From: Alloascoidea hylecoeti
Taxonomy: Eukaryota
Assembly (NCBI GenBank): GCA_001600815.1
Contig: BCKZ01000027.1
Location: 124,615-159,799, forward strand
Direction of reading: 5' to 3'
DNA length: 35,185 nt
In this document: positions 1 to 9,975 of the stretch, piece after piece
Layout: each line of letters starts with the position of its first letter
Position numbering within the stretch: position 1 is the first letter of the stretch
Translations under genes and position numbers: made by a program
The notes under the pieces: model-generated
Database searches by the model: none
Told to the model about the DNA's origin: nothing
Seen by the model: only the letters and a program-made list of their open reading frames with translations

Positions 1-489
1 ACTGAGTATCGTTAAGTACATCTTCAGTTGGAAGATCATCATATATTGTTGCGTCCAAGATGTATTCTGATAAGTTCAGTCTTCTTAATGTTGATTTTAT
101 CAGATATTCCCAAGTTTTGAATGATTGGGGGGAACAATCAATTGTTAATTTTGGTAGCATTGATAATTCTACCGAATTGATTGTCGTCTGTTTGTTTTCC
201 CGTGACAACGATCCTATTACCCTTACTTGTCTCTGGTACAGCGCCGCTACTATGTTGGCTTATAGTAATTCTAATTTATTAGTACCTAATTCAAGTCCGA
301 TGAGTTCGCTTTCAGTACTTGACTTTGTAATGATACTTTGCTTTTTGGAATACCAACCTACACAATTGTGATTGATAAATATCATTGTTCCAGATGTACT
401 TTTCATGAAATTTATCAACTTTAGGCTCAAAACTTCCAGAATTAATTATCAATTTGTAGATATCAATCTGTTCTCTTAATTTGTTAACA
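1..489 (-). mobile_element. Eroded Ty1/copia LTR-retrotransposon relic (possible LTR start, RNase H fragment, LTR end + PBS, gag start; runs off left edge)
   Basis: Minus strand 406..260 reads MKSTSGTMIFINHNCVGWYSKKQSIITKSSTESELIGL (copia RT/RNase H motif KSTSG...W.SKKQ...SSTEAE). CCAACA (258-253) is followed by TAGTAGCGGCGCT (252-240), resembling the tRNA-iMet PBS TGGTAGCGCCGCT. From ATG 160, MLPKLTIDCSPQSFKTWEYLIKSTLRRLNLSEYI resembles a copia gag N-terminus. TGTTA at 489 sits where homology to the 2347-2892 repeat stops. Confidence 0.8.
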
Positions 490-1032
490 TCAATAACGGA
501 ACAAGCGTGATAGAGGAAGTGGTCTCCAAAGCATTGCTTGGAAATATGCAAAATAAAGAATACAGAAATAAAACTTTTGCGAGTTGGCGTAAGTAACTTC
601 ATCTTTGAATGATGATGATAATATTAAGATCGATGAACAATGAAAAGTGAGAAACTATTGAAGCAGGTATGCAGTTTGGATTTCAAGAAGAAATCTATTC
701 TAAAATATTATTAATACTAAAGATGTGTACAAATAATATGGTCTATATCAACAAAAAATATTAAGCCTGAAAATCTCCCAAATATAGATAGTAGAAGGTA
801 CTCCAGACTTTCTAAAGAGATGAGTATGCAGTATCAAAAAAATGACAGCTATAATTGTTTCCAATATTATATTAAATATAATAGATACCTAAAAGACAAA
901 AATTCTAAGTCCAATTTTTAATAATGTATTGTTGTAAAGGCAAAAGGTATAATTATTGAGATTGAACGAATATGTGAGGGTTTAATTGTTGACAGTTGGG
1001 GTATATTTAAATGCTACTTTGAACTAACGTAG
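490..1032. repeat. Diverged direct repeat, copy 1 (~540 bp)
   Basis: Colinear blocks shared with 2347-2892, e.g. aacggaacaa, gaatacaga, ttgcgagttgg, gcaggtatgcagttt, caagaagaaatct, ataatgtattgttgtaaagg, acgaatatgt.agggtttaattgttgaca. Confidence 0.85.
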
Positions 1033-1470
1033 ATGATGGCAGTTGAGATATTACTAAAATCTACAATTAACATGACAATAGAAATGGTATTAATATTAGG
1101 TATGCTAGCAGGTGTGATGTTATGATAATCGTAAAGTAAATGTATATGAGTCGACAATATTGAGACATTGGAACCAAACCATTTTTTTTTTCATGACAAA
1201 TATATAAGCGCTAGTCCTTCTCCAAAAATAGGAAGTATACACGTACGTAAACTTATAATCTGTAGGTCCAAGCCATTACCATATTTATATGTTCAATTGC
1301 AAAGAGTAGCTATATTCTCATCCTCAGTATTAGCCAAATAGAAACAAAAGGGGACAGCATTTGCGTGATGTGTTAGACCAGGACATTTTTAATTGCAAAT
1401 AGTAGCCAAGAAATAAAGTGGATGCATAATAAATAATTTGAGGGAAATCTCCACCATTAATCTTTGCATT

Positions 1471-1875
1471 TCATGAATATTGGTTATTAGGACCAAAATA
1501 ATCGGTTATTTGGGTTTCAAGTATATTCATATCCCATGCGAGGTTAGATATGCAACGTGCCTCAATGATAATGGACATAGCGGTTTTAAAATTATTGTCA
1601 ATCTTGATCTTTCTCACTAAAGCTAATACTTGACGGCCAATAATATCAGGCAACAAGTTCCAAGTAAATAACATGTAAAGGGCAACAAGGACAATTGCAA
1701 ATGTAAAAGATATAATAAGACTCATCAAGGGGTTTATCGCCAATCCTAAATAAATGAGACAATATGCTATTACATATCCACTAACTACCCTAAGATCTAA
1801 TTCTGAGTGTGAACCAGACGATTCAGATTGAGATGTCTGATTGTTATTTATAGGGGAGCTCTCAGAAGTTGGCAT
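1471..1875 (-). CDS. Hypothetical small membrane protein (134 aa, ~2 TM segments)
   Basis: ATG-initiated ORF with a Ser/Asn-rich polar N-terminus followed by two long hydrophobic stretches (VVSGYVIAYCLIYLGLAI; LMSLIISFTFAIVLVALYMLFTW); no family recognised. Confidence 0.45.
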   Translation of the reverse strand: MPTSESSPINNNQTSQSESSGSHSELDLRVVSGYVIAYCLIYLGLAINPLMSLIISFTFAIVLVALYMLFTWNLLPDIIGRQVLALVRKIKIDNNFKTAMSIIIEARCISNLAWDMNILETQITDYFGPNNQYS

Positions 1876-2346
1876 ACTTCAATAATAAAGTCGTGATGAT
1901 AGAAGTTGTGATGATAAAAAGATGTGATGAGATGAGATGGTTTAAATATTGTTGTTGGTATATCTCATACCAGCAATGTTTCTATATTTAAGTAAATAGC
2001 CATTCAGCATACCACTCATAACTCAAACAAAAACATTTCAATCATTTATCAAAGTCAATCCTCAAATTTAAGTACAAAAATCTAATATTGGCTCATCAAA
2101 GTTTGTTGATTTAATTAGGGGAGTTAATCTTATACAAATGGTACCTTAGAAGTTTATACAAAAACATCACAATGCAAAGATAATAGTCACTCTACTTCTT
2201 TAACTTGGTACTTTAAATTCTTGGATGGGAATAATTTTGTTATATACATGGAAGATTACAATATGGATGTTGGTCGGTTCGTGTGGAGGATGAAACAAAG
2301 GGGTACAGCTACAGGAAGGGTGATACAGAAGAAAGCTTGGGGAAAG

Positions 2347-2892
2347 TCAACGGAACAAACTTATTAGAGGGAGTGATATCTCAATCATTGCTTAGAAATA
2401 CGCAAAATGAAGAATACAGAGATACATATTTGCGAGTTGGTGTAAGTGGCTCTTTAAATAATGGATATCCTAGATGTCATGAGGAACTAATGAAGCTTGC
2501 AGGTATGCAGTTTTGGTTACAAGAAGAAATCTCTATTATTATAGACATGGAAGTGAGATATATTATATTCAAAAAGATTACTAAGGATGTCTACAATTAA
2601 TATGCTCTATATCAAAGAAAATTAGGTATGCAATTAGGTTTTCAAATATGGATAATGGAAGGTATCTTCCATCTGAATTTCTAATTATAAAGAGACGAGT
2701 ATGCAGGTGTTCCTGCGCAATATCACCACATGTGTTTCCAACAATGGTAAATATAAGGTGAAATAATATCCAATTTTAAATTTTGATAATGTATTGTTGT
2801 AAAGGTATTTGGTATTGTAAACGAATATGTAAGGGTTTAATTGTTGACATTTAGGGTATAGTTAAATACTATGTCACTTCGAATTAACGTAA
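2347..2892. repeat. Diverged direct repeat, copy 2
   Basis: Same colinear blocks as 490-1032. Confidence 0.85.
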
Positions 2893-3940
2893 GTGAGATC
2901 TCTCAAAGGTTCAATATGTATATTCATGCTTTGACATCGTAAGTTTGTATTGTATTTTAAGCAATTGTAAATTGAAAGTGAAGGAATATTATAAGAGTTA
3001 TAAATATCCAGTTTAATGATTGTTAACACTCTATTCAATACTATTGTAAATTTAAACATTGATGATCTTAAGGTAATATGAAAGATAGCTACTAAATTAT
3101 AAACCAAAAACTTGAACAAAAGAAAGAAAGGAAAGAAAAGTATTTAACCAAAAAAGACTTACCCTGATAAACTAAAGCTGAAATCTCAAAGGATTAATAT
3201 GCATAAATTATTTTACTACATTTGGTAAGTGCAGCATGGCAACCTGAATATCGAATAAGGTATTTATCATTAAGTTTGGTTTAAAAGTTTAGCGGTATAG
3301 CTATGCATATTCACTCACACTTATACTCCAGTTGAACTCCCGAGCTCATCATTAGGATATAGCGGTTTTATAGCTGAAGAATAACTTGTATTAATATTAG
3401 AAAGAGAGGGAACTACTTACTATTTATAGGCGCTAAGAGCCTGGTAGCTATGGTTTAAAGTAAATGAGAACCTGACATAAATGTTATTGATATTAATAAA
3501 AGTTCCCTACATTTATCTTTCCAATTTCATCTTTTTATCACTTAAATGTTGTATCCTAAAATCATTTATATTTGATTATCAGTTTGCTAACTACTAGTTA
3601 TAAATTGCTGATAGTAAATCCTCTTTATATAATGATGATACACGTATATACATGTATACTAAAGATATAAAGGGAGTTTATTTGGTTTTACTGGCACATT
3701 AATATTTGTAATTAAAACTATAACCTTGAAAAGGTATTAGAATAATGAAAGATAAGAAAGAAGATTCATTTCTATTAAAATAACTATAACTCTATTAACA
3801 TACTCTTTTACAATCATAACCTCACAAAAGATTCTTTTTTATTTTTTCTATTAAAAATTAATTAGGTTATGATTGTAAAAAACCCTGCTAATATAGATTC
3901 ATTATATTATAAAAGAAAAAAAATAACTATAGATGGTATA

Positions 3941-4566
3941 AGGGTTGTGCCACTGTTCCTGATAAGTCCAGAATTACACCTCAAGTGTTTGCTAAAGCAA
4001 CCACTAACTTCACCAAAAAATATCAATTCACTATATATTCTATATAGATCAAATGTTTATCCTTTTCATCTTATATTTGTACCCGTTCTTTTGTTTTCAG
4101 TTAAAAGTTGGAGAGCCTATTTTACTTTTAACCCTGTTTTTAATTGTATTTAACTCGAGTACAATAGAATTCTCTCTTTCTATGCTATCATCAACCGCTG
4201 GATTTTTATTGAACATATTTGCTTTGCGTCTCCCAGCTCTGCTTAATCGTTTCCCTCTGTTTTCCAAGAGTTCAGGGTGTTCAAAGGTGATAGTTAAATA
4301 TTTGTTGAACGTTCACTGTGAACTTTAAAATAGGTCTCCAAATATTGCATACTACGAGTTTTCAGCCATTCTAGCCACCAAAAGATCTTGTGTTCGGTAA
4401 TGTCCTCTCTTTATTGACATATTCTCTTTTGAATTCTTCATCTGGATTAGTCAAGTTGTCCTCTGCTGGTGGTGTATCCATAGAAACCGACTTAACTTCA
4501 ATGTTCTAATCAAACACCAAAATCCCAGTCTTCCTGAGCCCCTAGATGATATTAGAAGAAGTTAAT
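3941..4566 (-). mobile_element. 3' relic of pogo-like transposon (same family as the 30.4 and 33.1 kb elements)
   Basis: Minus strand reads LTSSNII*GLRKTGILVFD*NIEVKSVSMDTPPAEDNLTNPDEEFKRE...HPELLENRGKRLSRAGRRKAN, homologous to DTPPPKDNLLRLDEEF...HPELFEKKMEQL. TA|AGGGTTGTGCCACTG at 3941 resembles the TIR AGGGTTGGCCCATTG at 33098. Contains stops and frameshifts. Confidence 0.8.
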
Positions 4567-4977
4567 CCTACTAGCTACACTCAATTTATCAAAAACCTTT
4601 CATATATTTAGAGATATCTAGCCAGGTCAAACATATATAGACTATCATCATATCACATCTTCATAAATTAGCAAAATTTCCGGGAAAGTCTAACCTCTTT
4701 AAGATTGACCATTTGAAGATATATGGGTTTCACAATAATTTAACCTTCTCTTAGTAGTACCAGTTTATCAATATCTATATCAACATAATTGAAAGTAAGG
4801 GGTATTATTTTGGTGTAGCTATTTAACTATTGTAAGGAACGTTAACATAATAATAACTAGCTAAAGCATACATAATTACCCGGCAATTGCATCATCCAGT
4901 AAAAAACACGATGTTTCTGAATATATTGGCCCTTTATTGACCTCATAAAAGCCCCGGACTCTCTTTTAAGAAAAAAA

Positions 4978-5055
4978 GTATGTTGTTTTATTATTTTTAG
5001 ATCCATAATTTTTCCTCATTGAAGTGGAATCTTACTGACAATGTTCGATCTGTAG
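4978..5055 (+). other. Putative 5'-UTR intron of POR1 (alternative donor GTAAGG at 4795)
   Basis: GTATGT 4978-4983, branch point TACTGAC 5033-5039, TAG 5053-5055, ending 11 nt before the ATG. Confidence 0.55.
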
Positions 5056-5066
5056 ATCTAGCAAAT

Positions 5067-5921
5067 ATGGGAATACCAGCATATTCTAACATTCCTAAAA
5101 ACTCCAACGACTTACTGTCCAGGGACTTTTACCATTTATCTAAAGCTTCAATTGATGTAAAAACAAAAGCTCCAAAAGGTGTTAGTTTTGCTGTCAAGGG
5201 AAATTCTTCTCATAAAGATAGTACTGTTGCTGCAAATCTTGAAGCCAAATTTGCAGATAAAGCCTCTGGACTTACTTTAACACAAGGCTGGACTACATCA
5301 AATGTTTTAAACACAAAGATTGAAGCTGATGCTTTGCCAAATGGTCTTAAGGCCGAACTTGCAACTTCTGTTATTCCAACCGGTGCAAAGAGTGCTAAAT
5401 TAAACCTATATTTCTCTCAACCTTCAGTCAATGCTAGAGCTTTCTTTAATCTTTTAAACAAACCTTCTTTCGTTGGTGATATTACACTTGGTCATGATGG
5501 GTTTATTGCAGGAACTGAAGTTGGTTATGATATTTCAGCTGCAAAAGTTACTAAATATTCTGCAGCTGTTGGTTATAGTGCTCCTATCTATGCAGCATCT
5601 GTTATTGCAAACAATAATTTATCTGTATTTACGTTTGGTTATTATCATAAAGTTACTCCATTTACAGAAGTTGCAACGCGTGCTATTTGGAATTCAAACA
5701 GTACTTCAACAAAACCTGTATCCTTTGAATTAGCTTCCAAACATAAACTTGATCCAGGTGCTTTTGTTAAGGTTAAGATTGATGATAATGGTATTGCATC
5801 ACTAGCTTATTCTCAAGTTTTAAAACCAGGTGTTAAAATTGGTCTTGGAACTTTGATTGATGCTTTACGTCCACAAGAACCTGTTCATAAATTAGGTCTA
5901 TCACTTTCTTTTGAAGCTTAA
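5067..5921 (+). CDS. POR1: Mitochondrial outer-membrane porin (VDAC), 284 aa
   Basis: MGIPAYSNIPKNSNDLLSRDFYH...GLTLTQGW...HKLGLSLSFEA is typical fungal VDAC; true ATG at 5067 (the ORF track starts at an upstream TTG). Confidence 0.96.
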   Translation: MGIPAYSNIPKNSNDLLSRDFYHLSKASIDVKTKAPKGVSFAVKGNSSHKDSTVAANLEAKFADKASGLTLTQGWTTSNVLNTKIEADALPNGLKAELATSVIPTGAKSAKLNLYFSQPSVNARAFFNLLNKPSFVGDITLGHDGFIAGTEVGYDISAAKVTKYSAAVGYSAPIYAASVIANNNLSVFTFGYYHKVTPFTEVATRAIWNSNSTSTKPVSFELASKHKLDPGAFVKVKIDDNGIASLAYSQVLKPGVKIGLGTLIDALRPQEPVHKLGLSLSFEA

Positions 5922-6510
5922 TGTTTTCTTAAAAGAGTTTTTGGATTTTGAAATTCTTTCTAGTTTATTTATATTATAAATTAAATAAACTAATATAAAA
6001 TAGAGGTTGTTAGAACAATTATATAATTATAATATAGCAAAGTATTGAAATTGCATCTTCATTGGAGATCTTAATATCAGTAGGTGATAGGTATGATATC
6101 AATGCATAATTATAGCTACTCTAGCTAAAGAGTTGAATCCTCTAATATCAAGCCGATCTACATTACAAGCTTACAACGATAATAGTTTGCAATTGGATAA
6201 AATAACAATGATTATTTTAAATTATAGAATACAAACTTGAACAGAGTGAATTGTACATTAGGTATATTTCTTGCCATCTTTGATGATAATGGATAGTCTA
6301 TACAAATATACATATTATATACACCACCAATAATTTATAAAGACCAAGAAACAATCATAGATAAAAGATTAAAAATGCCAAAGATTCCACTTGACTATTA
6401 TAGATAAAAACCTAGCTTCATATTCATTATTTTCAATTATTTTTTTAATTTGGGAGAGATGATTTTGATTTTTTTATGTAGTTAGTTGTTGTTTTGTTTA
6501 TTGATTTAAT

Positions 6511-7056
6511 TTAGATGTTTGATGGGTAAAGGAAGACTCTAACAGAGGCACCGAATGTCTTTGCTGGTAAATTCTTTTTGAAATTAGCACGAACAAGACC
6601 AGAGTTTCCATGTGGACGAGTAACTTTACCCCAAATGACTCGTATTTTTGAACCTCTGATTTCCTTAGAAGCACGGTAAACGTAAGCAATTCTTTTTCCA
6701 AGGTAAAATTGAGCGTCTTGTGGTGAAGTAACACCCTCAATTTGAATCAAAGAGATGTTTGGGTTGTTGACGCTTTTGCTTCGTTGGTAAGAGATATGCT
6801 TTCCTTTAACGTATACTAATTAAAATTAGCTGTTAGTACATATTGATCAACATTAAATTTGTTAAGGGTGATCAGGCATCGATTATAATGTTGAAAATAG
6901 ATACAACAATGTCTATCCAACGTTTTGAACATAACTTCATCGCTTCGGTTTCTATAGTTGTGAAAATTCACAAACCCCAACATGAAACCCATTCAAATTA
7001 TATCGATAACTAATTTCTCCTTATAATAATAACTTACGTCTATGTGATTCTGTCAT
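6511..7056 (-). CDS. RPL33: 60S ribosomal protein eL33 (L33/L35a), 107 aa; exons 7056-7038 and 6815-6511, intron 7037-6816
   Basis: Spliced product [21 protein letters not shown]...[22 protein letters not shown]...[10 protein letters not shown]; intron GTAAGT...TACTAAC (6838-6832)...TAG. Confidence 0.97.
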
Positions 7057-7143
7057 TTTAATAATTGGTGCTCTAATTTCAATGTGTTTGAATTTCGTGT
7101 TTGGTTGATGATACAAGGTCAAACCCATGCTGTAATATACTCA

Positions 7144-7247
7144 TGTGACTGTGAAAATCTAAATCAGGAAATTTTAATTCGGAATTAAACTAGGGCTATT
7201 ACACAGCATTGCATGCTTCCTGGGAAGTATAAAGCGTGAAAAGTTTC
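7144..7247. promoter_or_regulatory. Shared RPL33/U3 divergent promoter: Homol-D box, TAGGGCTA, TATA-like and RRPE-like motifs
   Basis: TGTGACTG (=CAGTCACA) 7144-7151; TAGGGCTA 7191-7198; TATAAA 7228-7233; TGAAAAGTTTC 7237-7247. Confidence 0.6.
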
Positions 7248-7268
7248 CCTTCTTCTTCTTTTTTCTTT

Positions 7269-7607
7269 GTCGACGTACTTCAGTATGTATCTACCCTAAT
7301 GGTTTACAATTAAATGATATAAAGTAATAGATTTTACTAACAAATTCTATAGTAGGATCATTTCTATAGTTTACGTCTCTCTTTGACTCTTCAAAAGAGC
7401 CATCGAATCCAACCTGGTTGATGATATATTTCCTTCATGCCCTAGAGTGAGAATTTTTTTAGTTTGTCTAATACTTTGCGGTTATGACATCTGAATTTTT
7501 CCTTTTAAGAACTTTGTTTTTTTATAAAGGCGCGATGATCTCGGCCCTTTTCATGAGCCTCTTCGGAGGAGTTGATCTGGGTGGGTATGAATGGTAGTCT
7601 GACAGGT
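7269..7607 (+). ncRNA. SNR17: U3 box C/D snoRNA with a spliceosomal intron (exon 1 7269-7282, intron 7283-7352, exon 2 7353-~7607)
   Basis: GTCGACGTACTTCA|GTATGT...TACTAAC...TAG|TAGGATCATTTCTATAG; hinge CTCTTTGACTCTTCAAAAGAGCCA; GGTTGATGA (box C'); AGAGTGAG (box B); GGCGCGATGATCT (box C); GTCTGAC (box D). These match yeast U3. Confidence 0.95.
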
Positions 7608-7732
7608 TTTAAATTAGATGACTTTTTGTAGCGTTTTTAGTTTTCTTTTTATCATCTTCTTAAGATGTAGGTATTGTATTAATGTATTATTATAAAGTTA
7701 TAAATTAAATGAGTATATTTAAAGACAAATTA

Positions 7733-9203
7733 TTATGGTTTGATTATAGTCTCATCATCCCATTTCTCTCTATCAAATCTCCAATGTCTAACGTCTTTAG
7801 GAGGATTCTTTTCATCTCCTTTCATAGTTCCACTTGTAACATTTTTAACCGATAAATCTAACATATCTGATAATTTAACAAAACCATGTTTATCTTCATT
7901 ATATTGTTGATCATCATCAGAATTTGAATATAATGTTTCTGAATTGAAAAATCTTTGTTGCCAAGTAATACTATTTTTATCTTCTTCTTTTCTCATTTCT
8001 CTTTGTTCTTGTTCAATTTTTGATTTTTCTTGATGAATTAAATCATAATTTCCAGTTTCAATTGCTGCTGATACTTTTAACCATGCTTTTCTACTTTCTA
8101 AATGATGTTGTTGATCAATTGGTTTAACAATTAAATGATGTGCGGGATTATTAGCATCATAAAATATCTCTTCTTTTGAATCCTTTGAATCTCCAGATTT
8201 TATATATGAAATATCAGACCATTGTCCTTTAATTGTATATAAAGGATCGATTAAATTTTGATCATGAATCCGAGAGAATGGACCACTTTTTGTAATCGTT
8301 GCTTTAAAAGAATGTTTTTTACCTGAAAAGAAACCTTTCCCCGCATAATTTATAATTGAAACAAACCCAGTTGATGATTGAATATAAGAATTTCCATCTA
8401 ATTCAACAAAAGGTGATCCAGATAATATTCCTTCAATATGCAAAGGAGGTAAAGTTATTAAATATTTTTCGCCAAGATTTTCAAATGATAATATAGCATG
8501 ACCAAATTGTCTAACAGACATAGTTGTCATACTAATAGAAGCTCTTATACCATTATAACCTTGTAATACCGTTTTATTCTTATCATTTATTATTGAATAT
8601 GCCGTTTCTGGTGGATGATGAGATACTTGTTCACTGATTAAAATGCTATCACCAAGTTTTGAATTTTCGGTATCATCCTTCCATTTACCAATAAACAATT
8701 CACCTAAAAATGGATTCAATGGTTTTTTCTCATAACCCATAGATTCATTTCTTGAACAATATTGAGATTTTAATGTTGATATAAACCATTTTGTAACTGC
8801 AATTATTCTTTCAATATGAATTTTTTCTTCTGATTGTTCATCATCATCTAAAACTGTTTCTTCTGAATGATCAGAAGTTTTAGGTTCGGCTGTGCAAGTG
8901 CTTTTAATGAAGTTTGGAGCAAGTAGTAGATCCTGATGTTCACCCCAATATTTTGAATATTCAGTCAAAGAAACAGGCGATAAGATAAATGGAGGGGCAG
9001 TTAATGAGGATAAGTCACCATTATAAGAGGCGATCGATTTTAAAAACCCAGCAAGAGTTGAAGAAGACTATTCACATAAAAAGTTAGTTATTATGTATAA
9101 GTTATGGGAGATTAATATAATAAGTACTTACACGAGCAGCAGCACTAGTACTGGTGTTAATGCTCTTTTCAGATTTAGTTCTATGATGAAGGTTCCACTT
9201 CAT
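7733..9203 (-). CDS. KES1: Oxysterol-binding protein of the Osh4/Kes1 (or Hes1) type, 468 aa; exons 9203-9132 and 9067-7733, intron 9131-9068
   Basis: OSBP signature EQVSHHPP, KKPLNPFLGELF, and the N-terminal FLKSIASYNGDLSSLTAPPFILSPVSLTEYS lid region; 64-nt intron GTAAGT...AACTAAC...TAG joins in frame. Confidence 0.9.
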
Positions 9204-9950
9204 GGTTAAAATGTAGGGGAAAAGAAAAAAGGAATACAACAAATTATTAGATACAAAGAAATTATGGATATAAAAGTTATGCTAAATGTAAAATTTAACA
9301 TTTATGCAACTACCTCCATCAATGCATCAGAATTTTAATAAATGTTAATCCAATTTTACATAATCCAACCGCAGTATACCCAACGTTAAGGAACTTTACT
9401 TACCTACTGAAACTAATACGCTCGGAACTAAAATCCGGCAGAATCACTTTAGGCCGATATGATCCACAAATTTAAGTTTCTTCGCACTATACTAGTACTG
9501 ATAAGCATGGACGGCACATACAGACTAGAGATCATGGATCCTGGATCATGATTTTTATATAAGAGAAGGCGGTTTCTTATATAACTGATATTGTATGTGT
9601 CTGCGTACTTCACAAAACAATTAAAATTATATAAATATTTCTTGTATTTTCTGATTTTAATTAAGCTTTGTTTTCCTTTTGGAAATGAAACATAGGCTAG
9701 CAAATATATGCAATATTACAACTCCTCATCCTCACATTTAATTAGAAATCAATCTTACTTCTTCCTCCCGGATTTTCTACAATTTTATAATTATAATTAG
9801 CGGTGGAGTGTCATTATTTTCAGGAATATCGGAACAATGAACAATTTAATATGAAGACTACATGTAGTAGATCTAGATACGTCGTTTAGATCGCTTAATT
9901 ACCCGCCTCTCTTCACTGAATGTTTGACAGATGATTTTCAATCCAGCTCC

Positions 9951-9975
9951 TCACGTGCCAAATTATGACGTCATA
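9951..9975. promoter_or_regulatory. Adjacent E-box (TCACGTG) and CRE palindrome (TATGACGTCATA)
   Basis: TCACGTG 9951-9957; perfect 12-bp palindrome 9964-9975; TATATAAAAG at ~10127. Confidence 0.45.

Noticed and set aside
60..602. ORFs 60-371 (+) and 312-602 (-) as genes, the latter with a signal-peptide-like start
   Set aside because: They are antisense or off-frame to the copia relic, and 312-602 spans the repeat/insertion junction
3165..3477. Solo LTR (TG...CA with a minus-strand TATA and CT-rich tract)
   Set aside because: No convincing terminal inverted repeat, no TSD and no second copy in the window
4350..4545. RIP-like CpA>TpA mutation (TAG stops, one shared with the 26.3-kb relic)
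   Set aside because: Too few sites; other stops arise by different changes (GGA>TGA, GAG>TAG). Shared ancestry or AT-biased drift explains it, and a dinucleotide count against a consensus would be needed.
4681..4693. GGGAAAGTCTAA matching the Tc1 TIR at ~24768
   Set aside because: An isolated 12-bp match with no flanking homology; could be chance
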